Source: a virus
Lineage: Duplodnaviria; Caudoviricetes
IMG/VR virus record: IMGVR_UViG_3300016649_000386
Coordinates: 1 to 26,775 of that record
Length of the DNA: 26,775 bases
Reading direction: 5' to 3' (one strand)
Shown: piece after piece, positions 9,073-17,176 of the stretch
Position numbering within the stretch: position 1 is the stretch's first letter
Layout: the number at the start of each line of letters is the position of its first letter
The notes under the pieces: generated by a model
Told to the model about the DNA's origin: nothing
Database searches by the model: none
What the model saw: only the letters and a program-made list of their open reading frames with translations
Position numbers and translations under genes: made by a program

Positions 9073-9633
9073 ATGGAAGCAAAAGAATTACTCAACCGCA
9101 TAAAGCAGGCTTTCGCCGAGTTTCAAGCTCCGGCTCCTGCGCCTGCAGCGCCTGCAGCCATGTCTGATTATGAATTGAAAATCGGTGGTGTAGTAAGCAT
9201 CGATAAACTGGAACCCGGAGGCGTAGTCATGATTGACGGTTCTCCTGCTATCCCTGGCGAGCTTGAGCTTGCCGATGGCACTGTTCTGGTTATCGGTGAT
9301 AACGGCGTAATCCAGGAGGTTAAGCCTGCGCAGGAAATGCCTGAGGCTCCTGCTGCTCCTGCCGCTCCCGAAATGGATATGAGCAAGTTCGCTGCTTTCG
9401 AGTCGCTGACTAACGAAAAGTTCGCCAGCTATGAGGCTAAGTTCGCTAGCTACGAAGAGCGTTTCGCATCTTACGAGGCCCAGCTGAATAAGTCGAAGGA
9501 AATGATCGAGCAGCTGCTGCAGTTCGGTAAGTTGATGGTTGAAAAACCTATCACTGCACCGGATAGTGCGGTTAAGGTTAACAATGCTTTCAAGGAAACT
9601 AAAGAGAAAAATTACGATATTCTTTTTTCATAA
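9073..9633 (+). CDS. Capsid scaffolding protein
   Basis: Acidic, Pro/Ala linkers, 'GELELADGTVLVI' repeat-type domain, C-terminal coiled coil; between protease and MCP. Confidence 0.7.
   Translation: MEAKELLNRIKQAFAEFQAPAPAPAAPAAMSDYELKIGGVVSIDKLEPGGVVMIDGSPAIPGELELADGTVLVIGDNGVIQEVKPAQEMPEAPAAPAAPEMDMSKFAAFESLTNEKFASYEAKFASYEERFASYEAQLNKSKEMIEQLLQFGKLMVEKPITAPDSAVKVNNAFKETKEKNYDILFS
9415..9480 (+). repeat. Three degenerate 21-nt tandem repeats encoding (K/R)FASYE(A/E) heptads
   Basis: Protein reads EKFASYEAKFASYEERFASYEA. Confidence 0.75.
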
Positions 9634-9652
9634 AATCTAAACAAGACAAATA

Positions 9653-10612
9653 ATGGCACTTTCTTTCAGCGGTCTTTCCGCGTACACAAAGCAAAATGTA
9701 AAGCCGCTGCTGACCAGTGCGGTATTTGGAGCCACTACCCAGAAGATGATTCTGGATAATGGTATTGTTCTTACCGGTGTTAAAGGACCGACTCAGATTC
9801 CTTTGATGGATACTGATGCGTTCTTCCAGACTGATGGTTGCGGTTATTCGCCCAGCGGAACTACTACCTTCAGCGGTCGCACGTTGAACCCTGGCAAGAT
9901 CCGTGTAGAAGAAACCATCTGCCCTAAAGACCTCGAATCTTATTTCACAATGGAGGCCCTGCGTGCAGGTTCTACTTATGAGGATTTCGGAAGCGCTGAT
10001 TTCGCTGCCGCTTACCTTGCTAAGAAGAACGCCCGCATCGCTGCGCAGCTTGAGACCGCCATCTGGCAGGGTTCTACCGCAAGTGCTACCGCTAACCTGA
10101 ATAAGTTTGACGGTCTGTCAACTTTGATTAACGCAGGTTCTCCGGTTGATGCCAACGTGAGCGCTTATACCGGTGTAGCTACAATCACAACCGTAACTCA
10201 ATCAAATGTAATTGCTGCAACCGAAGGTATCTACAAAGCGATTCCTGCTGCTATCCTTGCTAAGGGAGATGCTAAAATCTTCGTAGGCGATGACTGGTTC
10301 CGTTTGCTTGTAATGGCTTACCGCGCTGAGAAACTGTTCTTGTATCAAGCCAATGAGAACGCCGACCGCCGCTTCGTTCTGCCTGCTACTTCAGTAGAGG
10401 TAGTTGCCGTGAACGGTCTGAACACTACCGGAGACGCTTACGCTATGAGCCTGAGCAATATGGTTCTCGGTGTTGATCTTCAAGACGAAGACCAAAGCTA
10501 CAAGCTCTGGTACTCCGAAGACAACAACGAAATCCGCAGCCGTGTGGCCTTCAAACTCGGGGTGAATGTAGCCTATAGCCAGGAATGTGTCAAGTTCGTA
10601 GCTGCTATCTAA
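9653..10612 (+). CDS. Major capsid protein
   Basis: 319 aa, follows the scaffold. 'ICPKDLE', 'IAAQLETAIWQG', 'KFDGL' and 'FKLGVN' resemble Bacteroidota phage HK97-fold capsids; codon usage looks like a highly expressed gene. Confidence 0.88.
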   Translation: MALSFSGLSAYTKQNVKPLLTSAVFGATTQKMILDNGIVLTGVKGPTQIPLMDTDAFFQTDGCGYSPSGTTTFSGRTLNPGKIRVEETICPKDLESYFTMEALRAGSTYEDFGSADFAAAYLAKKNARIAAQLETAIWQGSTASATANLNKFDGLSTLINAGSPVDANVSAYTGVATITTVTQSNVIAATEGIYKAIPAAILAKGDAKIFVGDDWFRLLVMAYRAEKLFLYQANENADRRFVLPATSVEVVAVNGLNTTGDAYAMSLSNMVLGVDLQDEDQSYKLWYSEDNNEIRSRVAFKLGVNVAYSQECVKFVAAI

Positions 10613-10632
10613 TAACGGTTTAAAACAATAAT

Positions 10633-11157
10633 ATGCCTTGTAACCTCATAGCCGGATATACCATCGATTGCCGTGATGCAGTCGGTGGTATCGATGCGGT
10701 TTATTTCATCGAGCATGCTAATATCACTGCCTTCGGTGAGTCATCCGGAACTATCACTGCCATGACAAAAGTTACCGGCAAGCGGTTCTGGAAGTTCGAA
10801 GTTCCAAGCCGTTCTACCGCCAATGCAACCAGCAACCCGGTAGGATCAACAGAGAACGGTACATTGTTCTTCGAGCAGAATGTTACTCTTCCGGTGAACA
10901 AGCGCGATGCTACCACACGCAACATCGTAACTGCGTTGGCCAAGAACAAGGTCATTGCCGTAACAAAGGACAAGGACGGAACGTATCGCATGTACTTCAA
11001 AGGTTATGGCGGTTTCCTCGAAGGAGGTACCGGCCAGACTGGAGCTGCCGCAGGAGATGCTAACGGATATGTACTGCCCTTCGTAGGTCAGGAGAAAGAA
11101 GATTTCTTCGTAGTTAGCGACTCGGTGGGTGCTGCTCTTGAGACTCCCGGCTCTTAA
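10633..11157 (+). CDS. Major tail tube protein (putative)
   Basis: 174 aa, 'C-x-L-x-x-G...CRDAVGGI', 'ENGTLFFEQ', 'TGAAAGDANGY'; co-transcribed with the MCP and followed by a terminator. Confidence 0.7.
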   Translation: MPCNLIAGYTIDCRDAVGGIDAVYFIEHANITAFGESSGTITAMTKVTGKRFWKFEVPSRSTANATSNPVGSTENGTLFFEQNVTLPVNKRDATTRNIVTALAKNKVIAVTKDKDGTYRMYFKGYGGFLEGGTGQTGAAAGDANGYVLPFVGQEKEDFFVVSDSVGAALETPGS

Positions 11158-11178
11158 GATTGATAATTAATAAACGAG

Positions 11179-11211
11179 ACCCCGGCCGGTGAAACGCCGG
11201 GGTTTTTTTTT
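11179..11211 (+). terminator. Rho-independent terminator
   Basis: Stem ACCCCGGC / GCCGGGGT, 9-nt loop containing GAAA, followed by a T run to 11211. Confidence 0.9.
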
Positions 11212-11214
11212 GAA

Positions 11215-11586
11215 ATGCTGCACCTGACTAAAGGCAATACCGAGACAATAAAATACACGGCTACGGAGCTGGCAACGCTGACTACTCCGCGTTTTTTATT
11301 TACATTTGTTCATCGGGCTACAAAGAAGAAGGTCAGCATCAACCTGGAGAATACGAGCATAGCGGCCCGATTTGACATGTCGCAGATAGTGGTTGATGAC
11401 CATTTCGCAAACGAGGTAGAGGGTTTGTGGGATTACACCATTCGGGAGAAGGCAGATGCTAACGATGTAACGGAGACCGGAACGATATGCGAGACTGGTT
11501 ACATGTACCTGCATCCGGCGAGTGAGTTCGCCTTCACCGTATACGATGAACAAGTAAACACCTTCGAGATCTACAATGCACAATAA
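11215..11586 (+). CDS. Small beta-rich structural protein (possible head-closure or Ig-like)
   Basis: 123 aa, 'GLWDYTIRE...CETG'; overlaps the portal start. Confidence 0.45.
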   Translation: MLHLTKGNTETIKYTATELATLTTPRFLFTFVHRATKKKVSINLENTSIAARFDMSQIVVDDHFANEVEGLWDYTIREKADANDVTETGTICETGYMYLHPASEFAFTVYDEQVNTFEIYNAQ

Positions 11587-13600
11587 CTACAATAACCTCA
11601 TCAGCATAAAATTCGCCCGCGCGGAGCAGCCGATATTCAAGGAGAACAAGTCCAAGAATATAGTAGAATTCGGAGAGGGTAACGACTATCCTAATTATCT
11701 GCTCGGCTTGTTCAATGAATCTCCAAAGCACGGCGCTATCGTTAAGAGCAAGGTAGGGTATATTTTTGGGCATGGTTTCCAGGATGTACCGCAGCTCGCC
11801 AACACCTCCGGGGAGACCTGGAACCAGGTGCTGAAGAAATGCATTATGGATGATGAACTCTACGGCGGGTATTATCTGCAGGTGATCTATAACCTGCTCG
11901 GGCAAATCAAGGATGTTTTCCATATCGAATATCATAAGGTAAGAGCTAATAAAGACTGCACGGAATACTATGTTAAGAACGACTGGCAAAGCTTCAAGGA
12001 AAAGGCACGCGTTTACCCGGCTTTCAATCTCAATGAGCCGGTGGCTTCACAGATACTCGCAGTTAAGCAGTACAACCCTACCAGCGATGTCTATCCGTTA
12101 CCGTCTTATTTTGCTGCGCTGAACTATATCGATAGCGATGTGCAGGTAAGCAGGCACGTGCTGGGCAATGCTAAAGACGGATTCGTAGCCTCTACGCTGA
12201 TTAACTTGAACGGTGGAGAGCCTCAGGAAGAGCATAAAGCCGCCATAGAGAAGGGCATCAAGAAGAAGTTCTCCGGAAGCGAAGGCGATCGCGTGGTAAT
12301 CATGTTCAATAAGTCGAAGGACAATGCGGCTGATATTGTGCCGCTTTCGACTACCATGCTCACGAAGGAGGATTTTACAAATATTAATAATCTCATCCAG
12401 CAGGAAATCTTCGCCGGGCATCAGATTGTATCGCCTGCGCTTATGGGCATTAAGACCGAGGGCCAGCTGGGCGGACGGACTGAGCTTCGCGATGCCTACG
12501 AGATTTTCAATAATACCTATGTGCAGGAAAGGCAGGAGGCTCACAATGACAATTTCGGCAAGCTCTTTAACCTTATTGGAATACCCGGCGAGTACACCAT
12601 CGAGCCGGTGGAGCCGCTCAAGTTTGAGTTTAGTGAGACCATCATAGCCGCCAACCTCACGCAGAATGAAATCCGTGAGATTATGGGCAAGCAGCCGCTC
12701 GAAGCAGGTCAAGTTACCTCCGATGGGAAATCTGCCGTTAATGAGGCTCCTACGGCCTCACAACCGCAACCAACGGCGGCAGAGATTAATAGCAACCTGG
12801 CCGGAATGACCGGCAGGCAGTTTCAGCAACTGGAAAGGATTAAGCGAAAGTATGAGAAAGGCTCCCTAACCCGCGAGCAGGCGGCTATGATGCTCCGCAA
12901 TGGTTTCGGCCTGAGCGATGGCGATATCGCCCTGCTACTCGACCCAGCCGAGCCTTCCCAGTTCGCTACTCAGGAGGAGGTAGATTTCGAGGTACTGAAC
13001 GAGTTCGAAAAGTGCGGCGATGCCTGCGATGAGTACGAGGTGCTGCAAACGAGACCCGCCCGAGAGCTGAATTATTTCGCCGAGGACAAGGAACTCACCG
13101 AACTCGAGAGCAATATCATAAACCTCATAAAAAAGGACAAGGGACGCGTAGAACCCGATGCCCTTGCCGATGCACTCAAAAAAGAGAAAAAGGTCATCCT
13201 TGCGGCTCTAAATGGCCTTATAGAGCGGCAGGTGATTAAGGTAGATACCCGGAAGGTGGGAGCGGATGAGCAGACTGTCTACAAGGTTGACGAGCGCAAG
13301 CTTGAGAACTACAAGCCGCAGGTTACTGAAATCCTTATCCGGTATACTTATGCTTGGCGGGATATCGTACCTGCCAGCGAGCGCAACACGCCGAAACATC
13401 CTTCGAGGTTTTTCTGCGTTCGCATGATGGAGCTTGCCAAGACGAAGATTTGGAGCCGGGCAGATATTGAATCCATGAGCGCACGGCTGGGGTATAGCGT
13501 ATGGGATAGAGTCGGCGGTTTCTGGAATCGGGATGGCTTCATAGATACCCAATGCCGCCACGAGTGGAAGATGCTCACCGTTAAACGTAAAAAGCAATGA
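11576..13600 (+). CDS. Portal protein with long C-terminal extension (winged helix + MuF-like Cys/His module)
   Basis: N-terminal ~380 aa with 'FGEGNDYP', 'SPKHGAIV', 'YPLPSY', 'IFAGHQIVSPALMGI', 'GQLGG' portal motifs; extension ends 'SRFFC...GG...CRHEW'. Confidence 0.85.
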   Translation: MHNNYNNLISIKFARAEQPIFKENKSKNIVEFGEGNDYPNYLLGLFNESPKHGAIVKSKVGYIFGHGFQDVPQLANTSGETWNQVLKKCIMDDELYGGYYLQVIYNLLGQIKDVFHIEYHKVRANKDCTEYYVKNDWQSFKEKARVYPAFNLNEPVASQILAVKQYNPTSDVYPLPSYFAALNYIDSDVQVSRHVLGNAKDGFVASTLINLNGGEPQEEHKAAIEKGIKKKFSGSEGDRVVIMFNKSKDNAADIVPLSTTMLTKEDFTNINNLIQQEIFAGHQIVSPALMGIKTEGQLGGRTELRDAYEIFNNTYVQERQEAHNDNFGKLFNLIGIPGEYTIEPVEPLKFEFSETIIAANLTQNEIREIMGKQPLEAGQVTSDGKSAVNEAPTASQPQPTAAEINSNLAGMTGRQFQQLERIKRKYEKGSLTREQAAMMLRNGFGLSDGDIALLLDPAEPSQFATQEEVDFEVLNEFEKCGDACDEYEVLQTRPARELNYFAEDKELTELESNIINLIKKDKGRVEPDALADALKKEKKVILAALNGLIERQVIKVDTRKVGADEQTVYKVDERKLENYKPQVTEILIRYTYAWRDIVPASERNTPKHPSRFFCVRMMELAKTKIWSRADIESMSARLGYSVWDRVGGFWNRDGFIDTQCRHEWKMLTVKRKKQ

Positions 13601-14388
13601 GCGCCAATACTTTATTCATAGGCAGCGAGCTGATTAAGAGCCGTACCGGTATATCCGATGCCATCGATGATAAGCAAATCAATCCGCATATCAAGGTAGC
13701 GCAGGATATGTTCATTCAGCCTGCCCTCGGCAGCACTCTTTATAAGCGGCTGCAGACCGGCAAGGAAGCGGCAAATCTTTCGGGTAATGAGACTATCCTC
13801 ATAGATGAATACCTCACGGATGCGCTTATCTGGTATACGATGAGCATGCTTCCGGTGGCGCTGGGTTACCAGTTCTTTAGCAAGGGAGTTCTGCAAAAGA
13901 CCGCCGAAGAGTCGCAGTCTCCCAGCAGGGCAGACCTCGAGCTTTTGGGCAATCACTATAAGGCCCACGGCGAGTATTACTGCCAGCGTATGATTCAGTA
14001 CCTGCGGGAGAATTATCACCTTTATTCTGAGTACATCAATACCGGCAACGGCCTCGATGTCATCTTCCCGGAGCTGCGCGCCTATACCTGCCCGATTTAT
14101 CTCGGTATGGAATACGAGCTGCCGACTATGCGGAACTTGAATCTAAGTGGTACCGGTACTGCTCCGCAGACTATCGAGGTTACACCATCTGCAGGGGTAA
14201 GCACGTTCACTGTGGCTCAGCTTTCCGGCAAGATGGTAATTAATGCCAGCCGCAGCGGTTTGGTCAAGGGTATAACTACCCTTGCTACTGCCAACACGGC
14301 CTACCTGCAGATCGTAGGAAGTCAGGTTACGCTGCCTACCGGAGATATCACCACCGCAGGCGAGCTATTTACGTTCACATATCGTTAA
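13597..14388 (+). CDS. Head-tail adaptor with extra C-terminal beta domain
   Basis: 'IKVAQDMFIQPALGSTLY' helical adaptor pattern; ATGA-coupled to the portal. Confidence 0.6.
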   Translation: MSANTLFIGSELIKSRTGISDAIDDKQINPHIKVAQDMFIQPALGSTLYKRLQTGKEAANLSGNETILIDEYLTDALIWYTMSMLPVALGYQFFSKGVLQKTAEESQSPSRADLELLGNHYKAHGEYYCQRMIQYLRENYHLYSEYINTGNGLDVIFPELRAYTCPIYLGMEYELPTMRNLNLSGTGTAPQTIEVTPSAGVSTFTVAQLSGKMVINASRSGLVKGITTLATANTAYLQIVGSQVTLPTGDITTAGELFTFTYR

Positions 14389-14428
14389 AATATGTATAAA
14401 AGGAAACTGATTGAAAAAGTAAAGTTTC

Positions 14429-14857
14429 ATGACTTACAACGAGCTAATAAAGGAAATTCAAGCTATCCTGGGAAGCCACGGAATGATAAAGACCGTAAAG
14501 CATACAACGGTAGCGGAATGGCTGAAAAGAGATAGCGATCCTCCGCTTCCGGTCTGCTGCTTTGATTTGGTCAGCGGAAGCCTTGCCAATGGAAGGCAGC
14601 AGGTCTACAATGTGCAGTTCTTTTTCTTAGATAAAGCCGGGCAGGAAGCCGAGTTCGAGACCGATGTAATCAGCGACCAGTGGCAGATTGCCGAGGATAT
14701 CATTCAGATGCTGAAAAGCACCCGCCGAGATTACTATATCGATGACCTGGTAACTATTAACAAGATATCGGATAAGTACGAGGACTATCTGGCTGGAGTA
14801 TCGATGAACATTAATTTTAATACACAAAGAGAATTTGACGCATGCGCTACGCCTTAA
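14429..14857 (+). CDS. Putative tail terminator protein
   Basis: 142 aa, acidic alpha/beta, 'ETDVISD...AEDII', 'DYLAGV', follows the adaptor. Confidence 0.55.
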   Translation: MTYNELIKEIQAILGSHGMIKTVKHTTVAEWLKRDSDPPLPVCCFDLVSGSLANGRQQVYNVQFFFLDKAGQEAEFETDVISDQWQIAEDIIQMLKSTRRDYYIDDLVTINKISDKYEDYLAGVSMNINFNTQREFDACATP

Positions 14858-16692
14858 TCATATTAGCTTTTCTTTTCTGCACCATCAAGACTGATGCGCA
14901 GGTTTATCAGGCTATGCCTCAGCCGGGTTACGGCCCGGTCAAGCGGATGCTGATTGACTCCGTGCTGACTATACCTATAGGGATTTCCACACTTCGTAAT
15001 ATCACCGGAGGGCGCGATACGGCGCAGTTACGTTACCAGAAATCGGATAGTTCCGTTTACGTTTATTCCGGGTCAAGCTGGATTAAACTCGGAACCGGCG
15101 GCGGTGGCGGTTCTGCAGATAGTACTGTATTCTTCACAGTCTACCGGGCAGATACAATGCGTGCTAATATCTATGGAAGCATACCGCAACCCGATACCAT
15201 CTACGCGCGGTACCCGGTGCGGATTTCCAACGATACGATATATCTGCAGCAGGCTTTTGTCGATTCGGTTTATGCCGGCGGCGGTGGCAATTTCGTGCCA
15301 TACACTGGCGCGACTCAAGATGTAGACCTCGGGGCTAGGAAACTTTCCGCTGCCTCCATCTTTGTCGAGGGGACCAACGGAAACGGCCATATCCACTTGA
15401 AACACCAGAACGGAGACGCTACGGCCACCGGTAACAGTACTTCGCTTTATGCCGACACCAACGGAGATATTAAGTGGAAGAACGACGGAGATTATTATAC
15501 CACTTTGGCAACCTCCGGCAATACGGCCAACCGCGTCTATACTTTTATGGACACCACTGGCCGCGTGGTGGTATTGGATTCGGGCCGTTTGATATTGCGA
15601 CCGATTGCAAATAACGGCACTTTAAACAATTCGCTGCAGTTAGCCAATAGAGATGGCCGCAGTTATTTCAATATTTCTACTAATTCAAATGTAACCAATC
15701 TAACTATAAAGGCAAACACCAACGCTGTTTTAGATTCTTTTGTTATCGCTGATTCCGGGTTGATCGCTCCGCGTACCAATGCGACGATGTGGCTGCGCCC
15801 AACACAAACAGGGAATAATAACATAGTGGCAAACCGCTGCGCCGGGTGCGGCACTGGTAGTATTTTCTCGGCTAATGTCGGCACATCTGCTCCGATATTT
15901 AACATGCTTTCAACCGGGCAGATGAGCATCGGAGCAGAAACACCGGTAAGCACCGCTGCGCTCGATATTACTTCCACAACCCGAGGTCTGCTCATCCCGC
16001 GTATGACAACATCCGAACGCAATGCGATTAGCACTCCTGCAAGCCAGCTGATTGTTGCCAATACAACAACGAATACCATTGATATGTATCAGAATGGTAA
16101 CTGGTCTACGATAGCAGGAGATTATTCAGATGATGTTGTTGCCTATCGTTCTCTTGGATCAACGATTCAAGCAGGGCCAGTTCCTGGTATTGGAACAATA
16201 CAAACCGCTATAACAATGTTCACCGGTAGGGGTTATTGGGCAGCAGTTTATGTTAAAAAGCCTATAACTATAACCGGGGCGGCATGGTTTCAAACAATAG
16301 CAGGATCATACACTGGGGCTAATTATAATGGATTAGCTCTTTATTCATATTCCGGAGGTACACTTACCTTGGTTGATAGTTCTACAAGAGATAATACCAT
16401 ATGGACTGCAACTACGGCTACTTGGAATAGCAAGGCTTTTGCAGGTGGTACAAGAACACTATCTCCAGGTATCTATTATGTTGCTGCTTTTTATAATAAT
16501 AGTGCAGTAACTACAAATCCGCAAATAGGGGCAGTCTATTCCGGAACTTCTACCGTAGGTTATACCGCTCCGCTTACAACCAATTCCGCACGGATTAGCG
16601 GATGGGAAACTTCAATCACTACTCCGCCATCAACGAAAACAATGTCAAGCTTTACCGGGCAAGGCGTTTATCTTGGTTTATGTCTCTATTAA
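14842..16692 (+). CDS. Tail-fibre-like protein with N-terminal signal peptide
   Basis: MRYALIILAFLFCTIKTDA|Q N-terminus; Gly hinges; 'FVPYTGATQDVDLG' fibre motif; 'AALDITSTTRGLLIPRMT' Bacteroidota fibre/adhesin motif; beta-sandwich-like C-terminus. Confidence 0.65.
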   Translation: MRYALIILAFLFCTIKTDAQVYQAMPQPGYGPVKRMLIDSVLTIPIGISTLRNITGGRDTAQLRYQKSDSSVYVYSGSSWIKLGTGGGGGSADSTVFFTVYRADTMRANIYGSIPQPDTIYARYPVRISNDTIYLQQAFVDSVYAGGGGNFVPYTGATQDVDLGARKLSAASIFVEGTNGNGHIHLKHQNGDATATGNSTSLYADTNGDIKWKNDGDYYTTLATSGNTANRVYTFMDTTGRVVVLDSGRLILRPIANNGTLNNSLQLANRDGRSYFNISTNSNVTNLTIKANTNAVLDSFVIADSGLIAPRTNATMWLRPTQTGNNNIVANRCAGCGTGSIFSANVGTSAPIFNMLSTGQMSIGAETPVSTAALDITSTTRGLLIPRMTTSERNAISTPASQLIVANTTTNTIDMYQNGNWSTIAGDYSDDVVAYRSLGSTIQAGPVPGIGTIQTAITMFTGRGYWAAVYVKKPITITGAAWFQTIAGSYTGANYNGLALYSYSGGTLTLVDSSTRDNTIWTATTATWNSKAFAGGTRTLSPGIYYVAAFYNNSAVTTNPQIGAVYSGTSTVGYTAPLTTNSARISGWETSITTPPSTKTMSSFTGQGVYLGLCLY

Positions 16693-17167
16693 AATAATAA
16701 ATATGCCACTTTTACCCACCACACCAGTAGATATCATTCTCGAAATTCCAGATGTTACAATCAATGCCACAACCTTGAAGCGCAAGGCGGTTGTTCATTC
16801 TATGATTTATAACCTATCGAAAAAGACGGTTTCGGTATCATGGATTGTAAAGCACTACGCCAAGACTGCGGAGGGGGGATATGGCGAGGAGCTTTCGGAG
16901 CTTGTACCTGCCTATACCCGCGAGCAGGTCGCTACAAACGATGTACCGGTGAATCCTATAACCGGTATGCCGCTGGATCCTGATGATATCAAGCCTACTA
17001 TCGAAACGCACCCGGAGACCGGTGAGGTTATATCTGTTACGGAATCCCTTACGCCGTGGATAGGTCAGTACGACTTTTTCAATAATATGGGCGAAAAAGT
17101 ACCGGTTATTGTTAATGATATTATCCGCCAGTTCGGGCAGGGCCTTCAAGATTGGAGCAAACAATAA
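16673..17167 (+). CDS. Hypothetical protein, possible fibre assembly chaperone (start may be ATG about 16703)
   Basis: Small acidic protein directly after the fibre-like gene. Function is inferred from position only. Confidence 0.4.
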   Translation: MVYVSIKIINMPLLPTTPVDIILEIPDVTINATTLKRKAVVHSMIYNLSKKTVSVSWIVKHYAKTAEGGYGEELSELVPAYTREQVATNDVPVNPITGMPLDPDDIKPTIETHPETGEVISVTESLTPWIGQYDFFNNMGEKVPVIVNDIIRQFGQGLQDWSKQ

Positions 17168-17176
17168 AACACAAAT

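Noticed and set aside
12100-12110. ACCGTCTTATT inside the portal gene, matching part of the promoter motif
   Set aside because: Lacks the upstream TAAACACTT box and encodes the conserved PLPSY motif.
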